Origin: Priapulus caudatus
Taxonomy: Eukaryota
Length of the DNA stretch: 40,977 nt
Assembly (NCBI RefSeq): GCF_000485595.1
Contig: NW_014577061.1
Coordinates: 554,824 to 595,800, forward strand
Direction: 5' to 3'
The position numbers and the translations under genes were made by a program. Below are positions 36,232 to 40,977 of this stretch, piece after piece. The notes under the pieces were generated by a model. It did no database searches. It was not told the DNA's origin and saw only the letters and a list, made by a program, of their open reading frames with translations. Position 1 is the stretch's first letter. Each line of letters opens with the position of its first letter.

Positions 36232-36383
36232 AGTAACTCTGCTGTAACTGAAAAATCAACGAAAAATCAAGGTAAATATCTTCAAGAACTGGAAATTTAT
36301 CTTTGAACTTTTACCTTGATTACCTTACCTTCACAACATTTACCTTGATTTTTCGTTAACTTTTCAGTTACAGCAGAGTTACT
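36232..36383. repeat. 46-bp inverted repeat at the probable first exon/intron boundary of gene C
   Basis: AGTAACTCTGCTGTAACTGAAAAATCAACGAAAAATCAAGGTAAAT (36232-36277) versus its inverse at 36338-36383. Confidence 0.85.
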
Positions 36384-37020
36384 CCGACTAATCAGCGACG
36401 AGCCGGTGTTGAGTGCGGGGTAGTTCTGAATTCACTAATCATGGCGGTTTTGTTTACGTTGGAAGTTACGAAAGTCTGATAAATTGGACAATAGTTGTGA
36501 CTATTCCAGAAGAGAAGGAACCGCGTGTGGATTTTCAGATTTCCTGATCCCGGACGGTTAAAACGGTATCAAGGTCTTTGTGTTCGGTTGTCTGATTGCT
36601 GAGATCTAGCCATTTTTATTTGCGACTCGGGTTATAAGTTGTGACAAGTAATTTTTCGCATTGGCCAAAAACAGTGGTTTGCCATCAAGTTTAACGGCTC
36701 TAATGTGGAATCGAGGTACAGGGGTGGATTAATTGTTGTGCATGGTCGAAGTGGATACATCTGGCTGTGATATGGTGCAAAAGTTGATAGAATAAGTGTG
36801 AATTTCTGTCTGTAGTTGGAGCTTAAATGAAAGGTTACTGTGATCGCCAGCGTGTGGAAGTTAGATCCCTTCTTCTCTTTATATATATTATAACACTTTT
36901 TTTGCCTCAGGTCCCTGTGGTACATGCATGTATAGAATACGTACAATGCTGACATGCTGTCAATGCTAACCGCACTCTACTCTCCCTGCTCAGTAACATG
37001 CACTAACAGTATTACAACCA

Positions 37021-37150
37021 AGTACTACTACTACTACTAGTATTAGTAATAGTACTACTACTAGTACTATAGTATACTACTACAACACACTTAGTATTAG
37101 TATACTACTACAACACACTTAGTATTAGTAGTACTAGTATACTACTAACA
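37021..37150. repeat. (TAC)/(TAG) microsatellite with a 28-bp tandem duplication
   Basis: AGTATACTACTACAACACACTTAGTATT present twice. Confidence 0.8.
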
Positions 37151-39128
37151 TTACTCATTAGCCTGTTGTAGATAACACTAGTCACTAGACACCCTAATCG
37201 CTAATGCCCTCTATCTGAATATCTCCACCACCAAGGAGCGTTAGGCCTACTCAACGTCGTGTAACTTTCATCGTTTCTGACACCAACTACAACACCAACT
37301 ACAACGCCGACCGTAGGTAGCGATGTTTACAGAAGTGATGTTTATTTTTCAGACATTACGAAAAAGTTTGCGCGCGCTTCCACATTTCCTTATAACTGCA
37401 AAGCGTGATGCGAAACATCTATGGGGCTGGTCAACATCGCAAGTTCCATTGCCCGCGAGGCCGTCTCATCCCTCTTCGCTAGTCACCAGTCTGGGTGTGG
37501 TAGATGGACGCCATGATGACGTCGTGTCGCAATCAAGGTCAATAAACTATTGCACTTTAAATACACACCGACTCATAACGGACGAAAAAGTAATATCGTA
37601 TCGATCCCTTGTACAACACAGAACTTATATGAACGATACTGTTCTTAAATGCTTGCTAAATACGAATGATTCTAACGGAATATATAAATATTGAAAACCT
37701 TTTGTTCCCGTCTTGTTGGCTGTCCGACTGTGCTGCCATCCGGTGGCTGAAAACGACATAAAATACTCTACGATAGCAGTGCCATCTGCTAACAAGAAAA
37801 TGTACAAACCAGCAGCTGAGAACAGACCACTATTAAATCTTCCATAGGATCTTATACTTAAGAATTGAATTTCAGGAGCTGAAAAATAGTATTTCGGCCG
37901 TTTTCGGCCGAGTGGCAATATTAAAGCTAGGTAGTTATGCACTTCAGCTGTGCACCATTAGAGTTATGACATATGTTGTTCCGCGTTTTAAAAAAATATC
38001 GCGAATTTACTAATCGACACCACATTTGTGCCTGAAAAACAGTTGCGCAGTCGAATGGGGGCCATACATTGAAAGAATTCGTTTTAAATTACCAGTAACC
38101 ATCCCCCATCTCCATGTGCATGTCATTGACACACACGATAGCCAGCCTAAATAATGCAGCCACAAAACATCGCGTCAGCTTTAGCGCACGAGCTGCGGGC
38201 ACTCCGATTGGTTGGCCGATGACGCGTCACATCCTCCAACCTAACAGGGTAATGAACCGGTAGTGATTTAATAGTGGTCACGTGTCAGCTCTTCATCACG
38301 TAGCAGTACGGTTTAGCAAACTTGCCTGAAGACGTATTTTTAATGACATACATTAATGCATCATTTAATTTTCTTAATTTGTACAAATTTGATCAAGCAG
38401 GGTTTTCCACGAGTTAAACTTACCAGCGCAATAACATTAATTAGGACTTCGGCATTTATTTGAGGGGGGAGCTGCATTAAAACATTCCATGAACCAGAAT
38501 TTTTGAGTAGACAAGCATAAAAAATAGAAAAAATATATGAACACCATATTTTATAAAATACATTTATTTCACACAATAATTTTACACACATTATCGACAT
38601 AAAATGGATGTAGTGAGATATCTACACACTACAAGAAAACAAAACATACTGACATTTTTACTAATGATTCAGGGGTGCAAATAAATTCATCCATATAACC
38701 TTAGATTACAATTTTACTTGGTTCGTCACCATGAGCTTGTAACAACAGGCAGGTTTACACTGTGATGAGCTGTAAATTCAAGTCCAGACTTTACATATTG
38801 TTGTTTGAATGTTTGGTTATATAAAATAATAAACATCAGTTGTGTTCTTCTCTTTATGACCTCAGGGGATGATTTTCCAAGTTGCACACAGGGTTTTCGC
38901 TGATGATATACAAATTAAGTATTTACATAATGATGCATCATCATGCATGGTCTCTACTGTCTGTAGGCTCCTGGAGGCCCTAAAACAATGAGGAATATAT
39001 TACTGTATGTGTGTACTGGTAATGAACAGCAAATGAGTAAATGGGATCTTAACTTCCCAGTTTTAATTACAAAGCACTAAACTGGCCAATCAATATCTGA
39101 TTGGCCATAATCATTATAAATACACTGG

Positions 39129-39227
39129 TTACCTCCGCCAAGGGGTTGGCAGGAGGTTATGTTTTCACCGGCGTGTGTTTGTTGGTTTGTGGGTTTGTGC
39201 GTTTCTTTGTTTGTGTACAGCCTAACT
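39129..39227 (+). mobile_element. 5' part of a second HINE/DINE-like family
   Basis: TTACCTCCGCCAAGG..GGAGGTTATGTTTTCACC hairpin start followed by a (GTTT)n-like microsatellite. Confidence 0.6.
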
Positions 39228-39402
39228 AAACAAGTGCCGCAGAGTGACAGCGCTCACCTGACGGCAGGTGTTCTGATGCTAAACTCACTGGCAAACGAAT
39301 CAAGAGCACCCTCCCATCACCACGTTCGCTCTCCCTCATTGTCTCTCTCATTCTTTCTCTTTCGCTCTCTCGCTCTTGCTCTCTCTTCCCTTCGCGCTCT
39401 CT

Positions 39403-39433
<31 letters not shown>

Positions 39434-39496
39434 TGCTCTCTCTCTCGCTCGCTCACACTCACTCTCTCTCGTTGTCTCTCTCTTTCTTTGTCTTTG

Positions 39497-39530
<34 letters not shown>

Positions 39531-39616
39531 ACTCTTTCGCGCGTTCTCTCTCCTTCTCTCTCACTCTCTCTCTCGCTCTCTCTCCCCCTCTTGCTCTATC
39601 ACTCTCTCTCTTCCTC

Positions 39617-39666
<50 letters not shown>

Positions 39667-40977
39667 TCTCTCTCGCGCTCTCTCTCTCTCGCTCTCTCTC
39701 CCTCGATTTTTCTCTTTCTCGAGGCGGTAGCGCTGCCGGCCGAGGCTGTGCGACTGATTGTCTATACAGATGTTTGATTGTCTATCAGACTGATTGTCTG
39801 ATGGTCTTCTAACCCTAGCAAGACCGTTTCGTGAAGCTAGCAAGGTGTTAACGTTTTTATATAACTTCACATAAATGTTTATACTATATGTTAATTCTGG
39901 TTTCCCAGCAGCGGCCAGCAATGGTAGAAAATTATGAAAAATTGCTCTAAAAAGCTGCTTGTCCAGCGGACAAGCCACCGGACAGATCTACTTGTCCTCC
40001 GTGGAAATGGACAAGTACGGACAAACGGATAGCCCTTATTTCGAACACTGGGTTATTTCGAACACTATCGTATCAGGAACCTTCTCGAAGAAATGTTTGT
40101 TGGGATCGTTATGAAAGTTGCCACGAGATGGCGCATACGTTTGAGTGTCTTAAGATTGAAGATAAAGATCCCATCGTACGTAGTATAGCAATTTGCAAGA
40201 CAGAATAGGTAAGCATTTACCTACGCAAGCCTACAGGCTGAAATAGAGAGCTGCTACCTGTAACTAATTAATGCAGGCAAAAACTACACCGTACTATCAC
40301 CACCACATGCACTGGCAGTGGCCACTAGCAGTGGCATAAGTTACATGTAACACACTGACAGTACAGAATGCCATAGAAATTATACGATTTAAGGAGCATA
40401 AACCTTCTTCAACCAAATTTAGCTTCTGAAATTTCACTGTGACATTGTAGCCTTATACATCCAGGCATGTATAGATTCTACTAGCAAACCCGGCAGTCAA
40501 ATTCTTTCTAACAGTAAACAAATCCATGTTTAACCCTCCTCTTGAGGGTCAAAAGGTTATCCGACACTTGCTCTTCGCATGTCAGCAGAAAGTACATTTC
40601 ATGGTCCTTTCAATAAAGCCATAAAAATGCTAGGTTTTTCAATCCCTCCGTCAGACCGTGTCCTCAGAAAATGTCTAAAATCTGCCCTGTGCCCCATTGA
40701 CCTTTGACCTGTGACCTCCAATTTCGACACATTGATGGCTTTTCCTACCATGATGCTATACACCGACTATCACGAGCCTAGGTCGAGCCGTTTAGATTTG
40801 TGCCGCAATTCTGCATTTCCTCCCTGTACTAAGGTTAAGAAGGAATGTTCCCCTTTTACACCTCTTTGACTTTGACCCAGCTTCGAATCCCAACTCGTTT
40901 TGACGATCCCCCCCCAACGTCCCGAATATCGTGACCGTACGTTGAGCAGTTAAGATTTGTGGCCAAACTTGTTGTCG
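39228..40977 (-). mobile_element. Inverted HINE-like copy 2, with internal insertions, running off the window end
   Basis: 40069-40977 is a diverged reverse complement of ~3990-4931; 39228-39262 is the reverse complement of the 3' terminus (GTGAGCGCTGTCACTCTGCGGCACTTGTTT). Confidence 0.8.
39327..39720. repeat. (CT)n microsatellite
   Basis: Directly visible. Confidence 0.95.

Noticed and set aside
37300..38330. CpG-richer stretch with CTCF-like (GCCATCCGGTGG) and CRE/CCAAT-like motifs
   Set aside because: Short motifs expected by chance; no linked exon or element ends identified.

Overview
Animal (invertebrate-type) nuclear DNA with GT-AG introns; the species cannot be fixed from sequence. 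Three spliced genes were reconstructed by hand. (1) A + strand SARNP/CIP29/Tho1 homologue (SAP domain plus six K/R-x-x-R-x-x-R/K-F motifs; exons 1053-6466, start exon not found). (2) A - strand ZAD + C2H2 zinc-finger gene, gene B (CDS 21254-12322). (3) Its tandem, ZAD-less paralogue, gene C (CDS 35546-29426), whose 11 fingers map one-to-one onto gene B. A decayed Helitron RepHel fragment carrying a GC-rich insert lies between the convergent 3' ends of SARNP and gene B. There are many non-autonomous DNA elements (MULE-like foldback, hAT-like MITEs with 5- or 8-bp TSDs, Helentron/HINE-like elements, telomere-repeat-cored MITEs) and microsatellites. Most striking: gene B has two 171-nt, phase 1-1, two-finger exons where gene C has one. 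The intron between them holds segments complementary to both exons and their splice sites, mostly differing by G-U wobbles on the transcribed strand, which suggests an RNA-structure switch for mutually exclusive zinc-finger exons. Gene B also has an in-frame duplicated stop region whose substitutions are all synonymous, suggesting stop-codon readthrough.
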